DNA of 64,000 bases from assembly GCA_913031285.1 (NCBI GenBank), contig CAJWEI010000006.1:2401-66400 (forward strand), written 5' to 3'. Below the pieces are notes generated by a model. The model searched no databases and was not told the origin of the DNA. It saw only the letters and a program-made list of their open reading frames with translations. The DNA is from an uncultured Alphaproteobacteria bacterium (GTDB taxonomy: Bacteria > Pseudomonadota > Alphaproteobacteria > Rhodobacterales > Rhodobacteraceae). Both the position numbers and the translations under genes were made by a program. Below are positions 9,413 through 19,672 of the stretch, piece by piece; within the stretch, counting starts at the first letter, position 1, and the number at the start of each line of letters is the position of its first letter.

Positions 9413-10074
9413 TGGTAGAAAAGATGATAACAAATACTATTAAACACCATATAAATGATGACATGATGATGGCTTATGCTAGCGGTAATTTACCGGAAGC
9501 TTTTTCTATTGCTGTTGCAGCTCACATATCGATGTGTGATGAGTGCCGTATTTCAATGGAAAGTTACAATGCAGTTGGTGGGGCGTTACTTGAGAGGCAA
9601 AACAATGTTAGAGTAAGCCCTGACGCATGGCAAAAAACTTTAAACAAAATCTCTGAAACCGTTTCAACTGTAGAGGAAAGTAAACCTGCAAAGACTGATC
9701 TTCCAACCCCTCTGTCCGATTACATCGGGGATAGCCTTGATGCAATTGACTGGCAGCCAATTGGGATGGGTGTGAAACAATCCATTCTTTCAACATCAAA
9801 AGAAGCAACAGCGCGACTTCTTTACATCCCACCAGGAACAGCAATGCCTGACCACAGTCATTCTGGCGTAGAGGTGACCTTGGTTCTTAGAGGAGCATTT
9901 GCAGACGAGACCGAGTATTTTGCAAAAGGCGATGTGGAGATCGCAGATGGCTCGACCAATCACACGCCAGTTGCTGCAGACGGTTCACCCTGCATCTGCT
10001 TAGCCGTAACTGAAGCGCCTCTCAAATTTCGCAAAATTTTCCACCGGATTATTCAGCCGTTAATGCGGATCTGA
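9412..10074 (+). CDS. chrR: Anti-sigma factor ChrR (zinc-binding anti-sigma domain plus C-terminal cupin)
   Basis: AAHISMCDECR supplies the HxxxCxxC zinc motif. The C-terminal cupin region reads PDHSHSGVEVTLVLRGAF. The ATG overlaps the sigma-factor stop (TGATG). Confidence 0.85.
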   Translation: MVEKMITNTIKHHINDDMMMAYASGNLPEAFSIAVAAHISMCDECRISMESYNAVGGALLERQNNVRVSPDAWQKTLNKISETVSTVEESKPAKTDLPTPLSDYIGDSLDAIDWQPIGMGVKQSILSTSKEATARLLYIPPGTAMPDHSHSGVEVTLVLRGAFADETEYFAKGDVEIADGSTNHTPVAADGSPCICLAVTEAPLKFRKIFHRIIQPLMRI

Positions 10075-10842
10075 TCGGGCAAGAAAATCTGAGTGAACAG
10101 AAGGCGCAGCTGAAACTACGCCTTTTGTCATTGGAAGACGCTGATTAAATATCAGTAGATTACCAAAGACATCAGTTACCATTGCTCCAGCTTCAGATGT
10201 GATCAGGGCACCTGCGCAAACATCCCATTCCCAACTGTCGCGAAAAGTAATCATCCCGTCATATTGCCCATCAGCGACGAGGCTCAATCGATAGGCCAGA
10301 GATGGTCGATGGAACCTGTTAAATTGTGGGACTAGTCCATCTTTCCAAAACCGCACGTCCAGTGCTGGCCGCGCGGCAAGAATATTCGCACCTGACAATG
10401 ATGTCGCTTTACTAACAGAAATCACCTTTCCATTCAGAGTAGCACCTTTGCCTTTTTCAGCGCAATAAAGACAATCCAAAATTGGCAAAAAAATAACTGC
10501 AGCAATTGGTTCGCCGCACTCAGCAATTGCAAATGAATGCGCCCAAGTGTCTTCGCCCTTGATGAAACTACGGGTACCGTCGATTGGGTCTATCACAAAA
10601 CATCGCTCGGTGGAAATCCGGGACATATCGTCCTCACTTTCTTCGGAAAGCCAGCCGTAATCAGGGCGTTTAGATCGCAAAAAATTACTCAACATTTGGT
10701 TTACCGCAAGATCTGCTTCGGTCACTGGCCCAGCATCGTCGCCTTTTTCCCAAGACCTCACTGCTCCATTAGCAAAGGGTGTGGCAATTTCTGCAGCTTT
10801 GTGTGCCGCTTTTACGAGCAACTCAAGATCATTTTCCAGCAA
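10060..10842 (-). CDS. Inositol monophosphatase family protein
   Basis: 260 aa. WLSEESEDD and VIDPIDGTRSF are the IMPase metal-binding motifs. It overlaps the pmbA stop by 14 nt. Confidence 0.8.
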   Translation of the reverse strand: MLENDLELLVKAAHKAAEIATPFANGAVRSWEKGDDAGPVTEADLAVNQMLSNFLRSKRPDYGWLSEESEDDMSRISTERCFVIDPIDGTRSFIKGEDTWAHSFAIAECGEPIAAVIFLPILDCLYCAEKGKGATLNGKVISVSKATSLSGANILAARPALDVRFWKDGLVPQFNRFHRPSLAYRLSLVADGQYDGMITFRDSWEWDVCAGALITSEAGAMVTDVFGNLLIFNQRLPMTKGVVSAAPSVHSDFLARSDPH

Positions 10843-12190
10843 TGTTCATGCCTTCGACCAATAGTGACGGCACTCGGGTTGAGAGATGCTCTTGAGCGTC
10901 ATTTGCGGCGATAATACGCAATAGCATCTCTTTGAGGTTTCCTGCGATGGTACATTCGCTCACAGGATAAATGATTTGGCCATTTTCCACCCAGTGCCCA
11001 GCCGCGCCGCGGGAATAGTCACCCGTGTTAGGATTAATTGTTGATCCAATCATAGATGTGACCAGCAACCCAGTCCCCATGTCAGACAACAGATCTTGTT
11101 TTGATCTAACCCCTTGAGTCAGTGTCACATTTCCTGCTTGCGGTGTTGGTAAAGAACTTGGAGAACGAGCAGCGCTGGCTGTTGAATTCATTCCTAATTT
11201 GCGCGCCGAACCAAGATCAAGTGTCCACCCCATCAGAGTGCCATGCATGATGATCTCTCGCTTTTGTTTGGGCAAGCCCTCTGCATCAAATGGTTTGGAG
11301 GCTCCAACTCGAGGTCGATTCGGCTCTTCAAGTAGCGACATTCCGTTGGGCAAAACTTGAGTCTCCAGTGCATCCAGTAACCATGAAGACCCACGTGCAA
11401 TAGAGGCACCATTGATGGCTGACAAAAGATGGCCAATCAAACTGGCGGCAATGCGCTCGTCAAACAGTACAGGATAAATGCCCGTCGACGGTTTGCGAGG
11501 GCTTAGCCGTTCAAGCGTTCGCCTTGCCGCAGAGGCCCCAATATCTTGGGCAGACCGTAAATCACTTTGATGAATCCGCGAATCAAAATCATAATCCCGT
11601 TCCATGCCTAAGCCTTTTCCTGCAATGGCAACGCAACTTAAAGATCGTGACGTTCGCTTATAGCCGCCCGAAAACCCATTACTGGTGGCTAGAAATACTT
11701 CACTGCTGCTATAGCTTGCAGAAGCAGCGCTAACTTGTTCAATGCCTTTGTGCCCCAAGGCTTCGGCCTCAACTGACCTAGCTTCATCCTCAAGAAGCTT
11801 GGCCAAGGGTTCCGGTGACTTATCGTAAAGATCCAGAGCATCAGTATCCCATGTAGTCGCATATTGATCAGGTGTTGCCAAACCGGCATATTGATCTTCG
11901 GGTGCTTCGTTGGCCATCGCAATCGCGCGCTCAGCCATCTCATCAATTGTGAGATCACTTATGTCTGAACCCGATACTATGGCCTGTCTTTGGCCAATAA
12001 AAACACGAAGTCCGATATCAAATCCTTCCGACCTCTCGGCAAGTTCAAGCGCGCCATTGTGCACATCAACATTGGTTGAAATGCCAGAAGCTACCAAAGA
12101 ATCTGCATACTCAGCGCCTGCCTTTTTGGCAGCCGCCAAAATTTTCTCCGATAACGCAGTTAAAGATAAATGGCTTTTCAGATTAGACAT
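10829..12190 (-). CDS. pmbA: PmbA/TldE-family metalloprotease
   Basis: TldD/PmbA-like sequence throughout, ending ...HWVENGQIIYPVSECTIAGNLKEML. I prefer ATG 12190 (GGAG 5 nt upstream) over ORF-track ATG 12214. Confidence 0.8.
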   Translation of the reverse strand: MSNLKSHLSLTALSEKILAAAKKAGAEYADSLVASGISTNVDVHNGALELAERSEGFDIGLRVFIGQRQAIVSGSDISDLTIDEMAERAIAMANEAPEDQYAGLATPDQYATTWDTDALDLYDKSPEPLAKLLEDEARSVEAEALGHKGIEQVSAASASYSSSEVFLATSNGFSGGYKRTSRSLSCVAIAGKGLGMERDYDFDSRIHQSDLRSAQDIGASAARRTLERLSPRKPSTGIYPVLFDERIAASLIGHLLSAINGASIARGSSWLLDALETQVLPNGMSLLEEPNRPRVGASKPFDAEGLPKQKREIIMHGTLMGWTLDLGSARKLGMNSTASAARSPSSLPTPQAGNVTLTQGVRSKQDLLSDMGTGLLVTSMIGSTINPNTGDYSRGAAGHWVENGQIIYPVSECTIAGNLKEMLLRIIAANDAQEHLSTRVPSLLVEGMNIAGK

Positions 12191-12339
12191 AAAAACTCCA
12201 GTTTTCCCTGACATTAGACGTATTTAGCCTCAGGCTTAAGCACAAGCCTTTGACTGCCTTGACTTGTAAGAAATAGACCGATTTGCTTGCGTGACGAGGG
12301 GTTAGGGGTGAACAATCTTGATCAACCTATTTTAATATA

Positions 12340-13875
12340 CTATCGAAGCCGTTGACCATTCGCAAAAACACCACCGTTTTTATCAATTTCGACCTCAGTT
12401 TGCATCATGTCATTGCCGACAGGCAGCGCAAACATACCAATAGCCATTTGCACTCCCATAGCTTGTTGCGATCCAATAAGACCCATTTTAACCGCTTTCT
12501 CCAAAAAGCCGTTTACACCCGTTATTTTCATGCTTGCCTTACCCTTAGGGCGAGGCATGCCTGCAAAAGTTTTTAGATCCTGATTGTCAAACTCAAAATC
12601 ACTTTGAGCCTCAACCTCGACACCAAAACCAGAGAAGGTCAAAGACCTCAAGGACAGTGAAACAATCTGCACTATTTTACTATAATCAGTTAGGTCCACT
12701 TTGGACATATCTGAACCCAGAACATCCATTAAAAGCAGCATCACACCTTTTATATCGAGGTTAACGCTGATCGGATCATGCATTAAGTCGCTCAGCGGAT
12801 CAAAGGTAGTCCAAACACCCTGTGACACTAATAATTCCTTTAATTTAAATTCTACGCCAAAGGTTTGCTTTTCTGGACGCGGCATCACTGGCATATTGAC
12901 ACCGGCTAGCAATGATCCCAACTCTGCTTTTAAAGGGAAATACAAAAGATCGCCTGAAATTTCAAATTTTGCGGACCGTACCTCAGACTCTGATTTTATT
13001 CCTGCGATTGAAATCGTATTCGAGACTGTACCTCCTGCCGAGCTACTCTCAAGTACAAAACCGTGGCCGCCAATTTCAAATGAAACATCAGTTTCACCCA
13101 CTTCGTATCCAAAAAGATTAGAATTATTATAACCTGAAGTTAAGGCTGGGCTTACGTCCTGCAAAAGACCGTGCAATGAAATGCCGTCCGGAACCTGCCC
13201 TGCCGAAGCAAATGTCACATTGGAAAGGCGCGTCTTCCAAGTTCCTTCATAATCCTCAGCCTTTGGGGAAAAGCTTGCTATGAAATTAATATTTTTGGTG
13301 GAGAAATTAAAAAGACTTTCAAGTAATGCATCCCCAGTTATCTTTGATTGACCAACGACGTCGAGCAGACTAATCCGCAGATTTGCCTCATCAGATTTCA
13401 TTATGTCTCCCTGCACTAAAAATTCATCAAACATCACGTCAATAAGCTCAGCCGAATAGTCATAGCGTATCTCGCCAACACCGCCCTGTGCTATAATTAA
13501 AAGATTTTTTGTCTTCTGAATCAGCTTGACTGTCATTGTATCCGGCTCTGCATCTAAGATCAGAAAGTCCCAGGATATAGTTTCGGATGGCGAGACTGTC
13601 ACACTACCGTCATCGTTAGGAATAAGCTGCATATTGCCTAAGTTAATATTTACGCTATAACCTTCACGCAGTCTATCTTGCCTCAGATTAAGCTCCGACA
13701 AGACCAGTATTCCGTTAGACCGAGACTGTATCGACGACACTTTATAGCCGTAAGATTTAGTCCGCTGGAGGATATCTTCCCACACTTGGTCAACAGAGAG
13801 CTCTGCACTACTGGGAGACGCCGCCCAGATCAAGAGGGAGCATATTAAGGCGGTATACTTATCAATGAGGGTCAT
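12340..13875 (-). CDS. Secreted protein of unknown function
   Basis: 511 aa. The N-terminal signal-like segment is MTLIDKYTALICSLLIWAASPSSA/ELS. I recognise no catalytic motif. Confidence 0.6.
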   Translation of the reverse strand: MTLIDKYTALICSLLIWAASPSSAELSVDQVWEDILQRTKSYGYKVSSIQSRSNGILVLSELNLRQDRLREGYSVNINLGNMQLIPNDDGSVTVSPSETISWDFLILDAEPDTMTVKLIQKTKNLLIIAQGGVGEIRYDYSAELIDVMFDEFLVQGDIMKSDEANLRISLLDVVGQSKITGDALLESLFNFSTKNINFIASFSPKAEDYEGTWKTRLSNVTFASAGQVPDGISLHGLLQDVSPALTSGYNNSNLFGYEVGETDVSFEIGGHGFVLESSSAGGTVSNTISIAGIKSESEVRSAKFEISGDLLYFPLKAELGSLLAGVNMPVMPRPEKQTFGVEFKLKELLVSQGVWTTFDPLSDLMHDPISVNLDIKGVMLLLMDVLGSDMSKVDLTDYSKIVQIVSLSLRSLTFSGFGVEVEAQSDFEFDNQDLKTFAGMPRPKGKASMKITGVNGFLEKAVKMGLIGSQQAMGVQMAIGMFALPVGNDMMQTEVEIDKNGGVFANGQRLR

Positions 13876-14014
13876 GTTGATCCTTCAATAAATGGAAATC
13901 TGTTTTTAAACATAGTAATTGAAATCGCACCACTCTTATCTATCGGCCATAAATACATCGCAATGCTAAAATATCGACCTTGGTGCAGCATTGCCACAAA
14001 CAAAAGGAATACAA

Positions 14015-14767
14015 ATGACAAGTCTGTCTGGAAAAACTGTTTTAATTACTGGCGCTAGCCGCGGCATTGGCGCGGCGGCAGCTCGAGAATTTGCTCAAAA
14101 TGGAGCAAATGTAGTTCTATTTGCGCGGAATAAGGCCTCCATAGATAAGATTGCCAATGAAATCGGGCAGCAGGCGCTGGCGTTAGCAGGAAATATCTCA
14201 GTGTTTGTGGATATCGAGGCAGCTATTAAAACAACAGTGGAAACCTTTGGTACGCTTGATGTGCTCGTAAATAATGCCGCAGCCCTAGAACCAATTTCAC
14301 ACCAAGCCGATGCAGATCCGGAAGTTTGGGGAAAATTAATAGATATCAATATAAAAGGTGTTTTTTATGCAAACCGCTGCACACTCCCTATTATGATCAA
14401 GAATGGTGGTGGCACCATTATTACGGTAAGCTCGGGTGCCGCACATAATCCCATAGAGGGTTGGAGCGCCTATTGCACATCCAAAGCCGGTGCAGCTATG
14501 CTGACCTCGTGTACCGACCACGAAAACCGGCACCAAGGCATCCGCGCCATGGGGCTTTCCCCTGGAACAGTGGCAACGCAAATGCAACGTGATATTAAGG
14601 CCAGCGGCGTAAATCCGGTGAGCCAATTGGATTGGTCAGATCATATTCCCCCCGAATGGCCGGCCAAAGCACTGGTTTGGATGTGTAGATCAGGAGCTGA
14701 TGAATTTATAGGAAAAGAAATCAGTCTAAGGGAAGACTATATTCGTAAGGCAGTTGGTCTAATATGA
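14015..14767 (+). CDS. Short-chain dehydrogenase/reductase (SDR)
   Basis: TGASRGIG, NNAA and YCTSK motifs are present. I prefer ATG 14015 (AAGGA upstream) over TTG 13991. Confidence 0.85.
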   Translation: MTSLSGKTVLITGASRGIGAAAAREFAQNGANVVLFARNKASIDKIANEIGQQALALAGNISVFVDIEAAIKTTVETFGTLDVLVNNAAALEPISHQADADPEVWGKLIDINIKGVFYANRCTLPIMIKNGGGTIITVSSGAAHNPIEGWSAYCTSKAGAAMLTSCTDHENRHQGIRAMGLSPGTVATQMQRDIKASGVNPVSQLDWSDHIPPEWPAKALVWMCRSGADEFIGKEISLREDYIRKAVGLI

Positions 14768-15372
14768 TTAATCTATCAAAATCAGACGGCATTTGGACGC
14801 TTCGCTTGGAACGCCCTAAAAAAGCGAACTCTCTGACTTTGGAGATGCTCGAACGTATTGATGAGATCGCACAGGAGGCAGCGGTAGCGCGAGCATTCAT
14901 CATCACGGGGACAGGTAAAGTTTTTAGCGCTGGTGCTGACCTGGAAGCCGCTAAAACTGGCCTTGCGACATCGGATATCTGGGAAAAAGTATCCGGCACA
15001 ATAGCAGATTTACCCTGCCTCACTGTTGCCGCCCTGAATGGCACACTGGCTGGCGGCGCGTTTGGTATGGCACTTGCCTGCGATATCCGCATCGCAGTGC
15101 CCGATGCTAAATTCTTTTATCCTGTCATGAGACTTGGTTACTTACCGCAACCGAGCGACCCTGCACGCATGGCGGCCCTCATCGGTCCCTCCCGCACGAA
15201 AATAATGCTTATGGGAGGGCAAAAACTGAATGCCGAAAATGCCTTAGCCTATGGGCTTATCGAGCATATCTACCAGCCAGAGGATCTTATGGAGCAAGCC
15301 GTTGAGCTTGCCAAGAACGTCTGTATCGCTACCCCAGAGCATGCGGCTGCTATCAAAAAAATGTTACCATAA
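14764..15372 (+). CDS. Enoyl-CoA hydratase/isomerase (crotonase) family protein, short form
   Basis: 202 aa. It contains ...FIITGTGKVFSAGADL...ALNGTLAGGAFGMALACDIRI. It overlaps the preceding SDR by 4 nt. Confidence 0.8.
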   Translation: MINLSKSDGIWTLRLERPKKANSLTLEMLERIDEIAQEAAVARAFIITGTGKVFSAGADLEAAKTGLATSDIWEKVSGTIADLPCLTVAALNGTLAGGAFGMALACDIRIAVPDAKFFYPVMRLGYLPQPSDPARMAALIGPSRTKIMLMGGQKLNAENALAYGLIEHIYQPEDLMEQAVELAKNVCIATPEHAAAIKKMLP

Positions 15373-15823
15373 ACATGCTCTACAAGATATAGCCTGACCG
15401 AGGTGTGGGACTTTATTCCATTTTATAAATTAATGTTGATGAAGAAATCCTGAACTACTAGCTATATTCTTCTATAATTTAGCAAAAATAAACTCTTCAA
15501 TTCTTTTTAAACGTTTTCAATTGGCCGGTACTCCCAGTGCTTCTTAAACGCCAACATGTTTGTGTAACTTATTAATATGTTAAATGACGTGCAAAGACTG
15601 CTAATTACAATTTTTTTAGCTGGGACCCTGAAACTTAAATTTGGCTTTAAAAACCAAACCATCTTCACAATTGGTAGAATATGAACTATCAGCCTAATAT
15701 TATTATGGAATTCATGAATACACTTGGGACTTTTTGTTGTTAGTTCGATATGCAATGATAAAAAATAGTATCACAATTCGTACACACAATTACTGATCAA
15801 ACTGAAATTCTGTAGGAGCATAC

Positions 15824-17029
15824 GTGAGCTTAGAGAAAACCGCGTTAGTAATAGGAGGTGGGCCATCAGGGTTGATGGCAGCTGAGCAATTAGCACTCGC
15901 AAAACTCAAAGTTACCCTCGTAGAGGCCAAAGCAGCCGTTGGTCGAAAATTTCTCATGGCGGGGAAGTCTGGATTGAATCTAACAAAAAACGAAGACTTT
16001 GAAAGTTTTTTGAATGCATTTTACGAATCAAAATCCAGCCTCGAGCTGATACTTCAAAACTTTGGCCCAAATCAAGTAATGCAATGGGCTGATGAGCTTG
16101 AGGCAAAGGTATTTACCGGCTCTACAAAACGCGTCTTTCCAGAAGCGATGAAAGCCTCGCCTCTATTGCGCACATGGCTCACGCGGCTCATCCGGTCCAA
16201 TGTTGACTTTAAAACAAATTGGCGATGGATTAGGTTCGGAAAAGATAGTTTTTCTTTCGACACACCACAAGGCCCAAAGAGTATTTCTCCCAACGTATGC
16301 GTTTTGGCAATGGGTGGAGCGAGTTGGTCAAAGCTTGGTTCAGACGGTGCTTGGACAGCCAGCCTCGCAGACGCAGGTATTAGCCTCACGCCTTTTGGAG
16401 CTGCGAACGCCGCTTTAGATATCAATTGGTCGGAACATATGAAACGTTTCTTTGGCACTCCACTTAAATCCGTTTGTTTCAAAGTAGACAAGAAATCCAT
16501 CCGTGGCGAAGCGGTGATCAGTTCAAAAGGGCTCGAAGGGAGTGGCGTTTACTCAATAAACCGAGATTTAAGACAGGGCGGAGAACTAAGTCTAGATATT
16601 TTACCTGACTGGTCACAAAAAAAAATTATAAATGCTCTCAAGCGTCCCAAAGGTAAGCAAAGCCTAAACAATTTCCTCCGAAAAGTACTTAGACTAGATC
16701 CATTAAAACAGTCCCTATTGCGTGAGTTTTGTAGTAAGCTGCCACCAGAGCCTGCCGTTTTGGCCAAGCTGTTGAAATCACTGCCGCTACATTATGTCAG
16801 ACTGCGTCCACTCGATGAGGCCATCTCAACATCTGGCGGCGTCGCGTTTAGTGAATTAGACGAAAGACTGATGCTTAAGCGAAAACCGGGTGTGTTTTGC
16901 GCAGGAGAAATGATTGACTGGGAGGCCCCGACTGGCGGCTATCTTATCACCGCATCTCTTGCCACAGGGGCTTGGGCTGGTCAGTATGCCGCAAAATTTG
17001 CCTTAGAGGGCACAGCAGATTCACCCTAA
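15824..17029 (+). CDS. HI0933/BaiN-like NAD(P)/FAD-dependent flavoprotein
   Basis: 401 aa. The N-terminus reads ALVIGGGPSGLMAAEQLA and the C-terminus reads GVFCAGEMIDWEAPTGGYLI. GTG start with AGGAG upstream. Confidence 0.75.
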   Translation: MSLEKTALVIGGGPSGLMAAEQLALAKLKVTLVEAKAAVGRKFLMAGKSGLNLTKNEDFESFLNAFYESKSSLELILQNFGPNQVMQWADELEAKVFTGSTKRVFPEAMKASPLLRTWLTRLIRSNVDFKTNWRWIRFGKDSFSFDTPQGPKSISPNVCVLAMGGASWSKLGSDGAWTASLADAGISLTPFGAANAALDINWSEHMKRFFGTPLKSVCFKVDKKSIRGEAVISSKGLEGSGVYSINRDLRQGGELSLDILPDWSQKKIINALKRPKGKQSLNNFLRKVLRLDPLKQSLLREFCSKLPPEPAVLAKLLKSLPLHYVRLRPLDEAISTSGGVAFSELDERLMLKRKPGVFCAGEMIDWEAPTGGYLITASLATGAWAGQYAAKFALEGTADSP

Positions 17030-17034
17030 TCAGT

Positions 17035-17635
17035 TTAACCGACCGATTTTGTTAGTGCCGTCTTATATGCCTGTCGTGATCTAAGGTTTTTAAGATAAGC
17101 GTTGAATTTCTCATTTTCCCTTGGAAGCTTAGCAACATACGCCCAGCTCCCGCAATGTGTTAAAACGATATCTGGCACAGTTATTTTGTCACCCATCAGA
17201 AAAGGGCCATTGATTCGGTCCGTAAGCCGGTCAAGATTATTTTTAAACTTGCTTTTAAATGCCTCACTCAAAACTTGATAATCTGGTTGACTTTGTAAAC
17301 CGAACAATTTGTGCGTCAAAAACCATAAGATAGAATCAAACTTATCAATAATCTGGTAAAGCATCTCATCTTGACGGGTGCGCTCAATCGTACCGGACTG
17401 TGCCGTCAGTTAACCATGTTTATTACTTAGATAGGTAAGAATTGCACTTCAGTCACTTATCACGTATCGCAACATCACTATCAAGTAAAATTGAAGCCTT
17501 GCCAAAGAAATTATAGGCGAGGACTTTGGCGCTATGAGGGGGCACATTTTGATGCTCATAAGGAATACCAAGTTCTTCGAGCATCCATAAAACTCTAAAA
17601 GTCTGCTTTTTTACAGATCCTATTACCTTGTACAT
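17035..17635 (-). pseudogene. Glutathione S-transferase pseudogene (one frameshift plus two in-frame stops)
   Basis: The N-terminal ORF (17635-17453) is MYKVIGS..FRVLWMLEELGIPYEH. The C-terminal ORF (17364-17035) is GST-C-like. Between them the conserved ..SAILTYLSNKHG.. block sits in another frame and is interrupted by TGA and TAA. Confidence 0.8.
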
Positions 17636-17800
17636 GATAATTCTTTTTGGATTGAAAAAGGAGATAAATATAAATCTCGAAATAAATCGAGTCTTTTTTG
17701 AGCAAAAACCGCAGCGTGAATTTACAAACCAAAATCTAAATCTGCCATAAAGTTATAAAAACGCGAGTAAATTTGTTGTATTTAACATAGCAGAATCGCC

Positions 17801-19672
17801 ATGCAGTATGCTAAGTGTAGTAGTATGCTTAAGTCTGGACCCAACATATCCCTCATTCCGCCTAGAATTAAGCAATTGGATGATGCTGCAATTAATAGAA
17901 TTGCAGCGGGAGAAGTAGTTGAGCGACCAGCCTCCGCGGTCAAAGAGCTGATCGAGAATTCTCTAGACGCCGGTGCTCAGCGGATACGCATTGATATAGC
18001 CGATGGCGGTAAAACATTGGTGCGTGTCACGGACGATGGATGTGGAATGAGCGCTCAGGAACTCCCTCTTGCCATGTCGAGGCATGCAACTTCAAAAATT
18101 GATGGCTCTGATCTCCTCAAAATCAAAAGTTTTGGATTTAGGGGCGAAGCTTTGCCCTCCTTAGGAGCCGTTGGCCGTCTAACCATTACCAGTTATACAA
18201 CCGGGTTTGATGCCGCTCAAATTACGGTCGCTGGAGGTAAGCGAAAAGAGGTAAAACCTGCTGCCTTAGCCAAGGGAACGATCGTCGAACTCAGAGATCT
18301 TTTTTACGCTACTCCCGCACGGTTAAAATTCATGCGAACCGACCGGGGCGAAACTCAAGCCATTTTAGACATCGTGAAGCGCCTGGCAATTGCCTCACCC
18401 TCGGTGGGTTTTCAACTCTTTGACATTTCCACTGGAACCCAGCGAAAGCTCTTTGCCGTCAATCCAGAAAACGGAGACCTTTTTGATGCGCTCCACCAAC
18501 GTCTCGCTCAAATACTGGGAAAAGATTTTTCAGATAATTCCATGCGAATTCAGGCTGAGCGAGATGGGTTTACTCTGAGCGGTTATGCAGCTCTGCCAAC
18601 CTTCTCACGTGGTGCGGCTGTGATGCAGCATTTCTTTGTCAACGGACGCCCCGTCCGGGACAAGCTCTTAATTGGCGCCTTGCGTTCAGCCTATAGCGAC
18701 TTACTGTCTCGTGACCGCCACCCTGCAGCAGTATTATTTGTTAAATGCGATAGCGAACTGGTAGATGTGAACGTGCATCCGGCGAAATCCGAAGTCCGCT
18801 TTCGTCAACCAGGACTTTTACGTGGTCTGATTGTTTCATGCCTGCGTCATACACTTGCAGGGGCTGGGCATAGGGCCTCCACGACAGTGGCTGATGCTAT
18901 AATTGGCGCCACCAAATCAGAACAAACAGTACGTAATTTCTCTTATCAAATGCGGCGCTCTAGTACTGCTGCGCTCGCCTCTAACTATCAAATGCAGGCG
19001 CCTCAATTTGCAGAGACCGCAGCAGTTAATGCGCGCTTGGATGCGCAAGAAGACAGCGATGAAACGACATCTGTGGAAACTTCTGTAGAAATGCATCCTC
19101 TAGGTGCCGCACGCGGGCAATTGCATGAAAACTATATTATTGCCCAAACTGCCGATGGCATTGTCATAGTGGACCAGCACGCCGCGCACGAACGTCTGGT
19201 GTATGAAAAACTAAAAGCCCAAATGCACGAAAATGGAATTGCATCACAAGCACTTCTCATACCGGAGATTGTTGATTTGCCATTGGACGATTGCACAAGG
19301 CTGCTTGATTTTTCTGAAACACTCGAAAGCTTAGGTCTAGTAATTGAAGGTTTTGGAGCAGGCGCCGTGGCGGTACGGGCAACTCCAGCAATCTTTGGTG
19401 ATGTGAACGCAAAATCGATTATCTTGGATGTGCTTGATGAGCTTTGCAATCAGAATGCAACGCAATCTGTTCAAGATAAAGTAGAAAAAATCTTGAGCCG
19501 CATCGCTTGTCACGGATCCATCCGTTCTGGGCGGCGCATGCGTGGAGAGGAAATGAATGCACTTTTACGCGAAATGGAGAGCACTCCTCATTCAGGGCAA
19601 TGCAATCACGGGAGACCAACGTATGTCGAACTTAAGCTCTCAGATATTGAACGGCTGTTTGGAAGAAGATGA
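17801..19672 (+). CDS. mutL: DNA mismatch repair protein MutL
   Basis: INRIAAGEVVERPASAVKELIENSLDAGA and DDGCGM are present, and the C-terminal end reads CHGSIRSGRRM. The start may instead be ATG 17822. Confidence 0.9.
   Translation: MQYAKCSSMLKSGPNISLIPPRIKQLDDAAINRIAAGEVVERPASAVKELIENSLDAGAQRIRIDIADGGKTLVRVTDDGCGMSAQELPLAMSRHATSKIDGSDLLKIKSFGFRGEALPSLGAVGRLTITSYTTGFDAAQITVAGGKRKEVKPAALAKGTIVELRDLFYATPARLKFMRTDRGETQAILDIVKRLAIASPSVGFQLFDISTGTQRKLFAVNPENGDLFDALHQRLAQILGKDFSDNSMRIQAERDGFTLSGYAALPTFSRGAAVMQHFFVNGRPVRDKLLIGALRSAYSDLLSRDRHPAAVLFVKCDSELVDVNVHPAKSEVRFRQPGLLRGLIVSCLRHTLAGAGHRASTTVADAIIGATKSEQTVRNFSYQMRRSSTAALASNYQMQAPQFAETAAVNARLDAQEDSDETTSVETSVEMHPLGAARGQLHENYIIAQTADGIVIVDQHAAHERLVYEKLKAQMHENGIASQALLIPEIVDLPLDDCTRLLDFSETLESLGLVIEGFGAGAVAVRATPAIFGDVNAKSIILDVLDELCNQNATQSVQDKVEKILSRIACHGSIRSGRRMRGEEMNALLREMESTPHSGQCNHGRPTYVELKLSDIERLFGRR

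Noticed and set aside
15507-15755. 82-aa minus-strand ORF in the AT-rich 450-nt gap between the crotonase and flavoprotein genes
   Set aside because: It has no RBS, an Ile/Lys/Asn-rich composition typical of random AT-rich DNA, and no motif.
17450-17452. In-frame TGA in the GST gene as a possible selenocysteine codon
   Set aside because: A frameshift and a second, different stop (TAA) occur within the next 60 nt, and I saw no SECIS-like hairpin. Pseudogenisation is the simpler reading.
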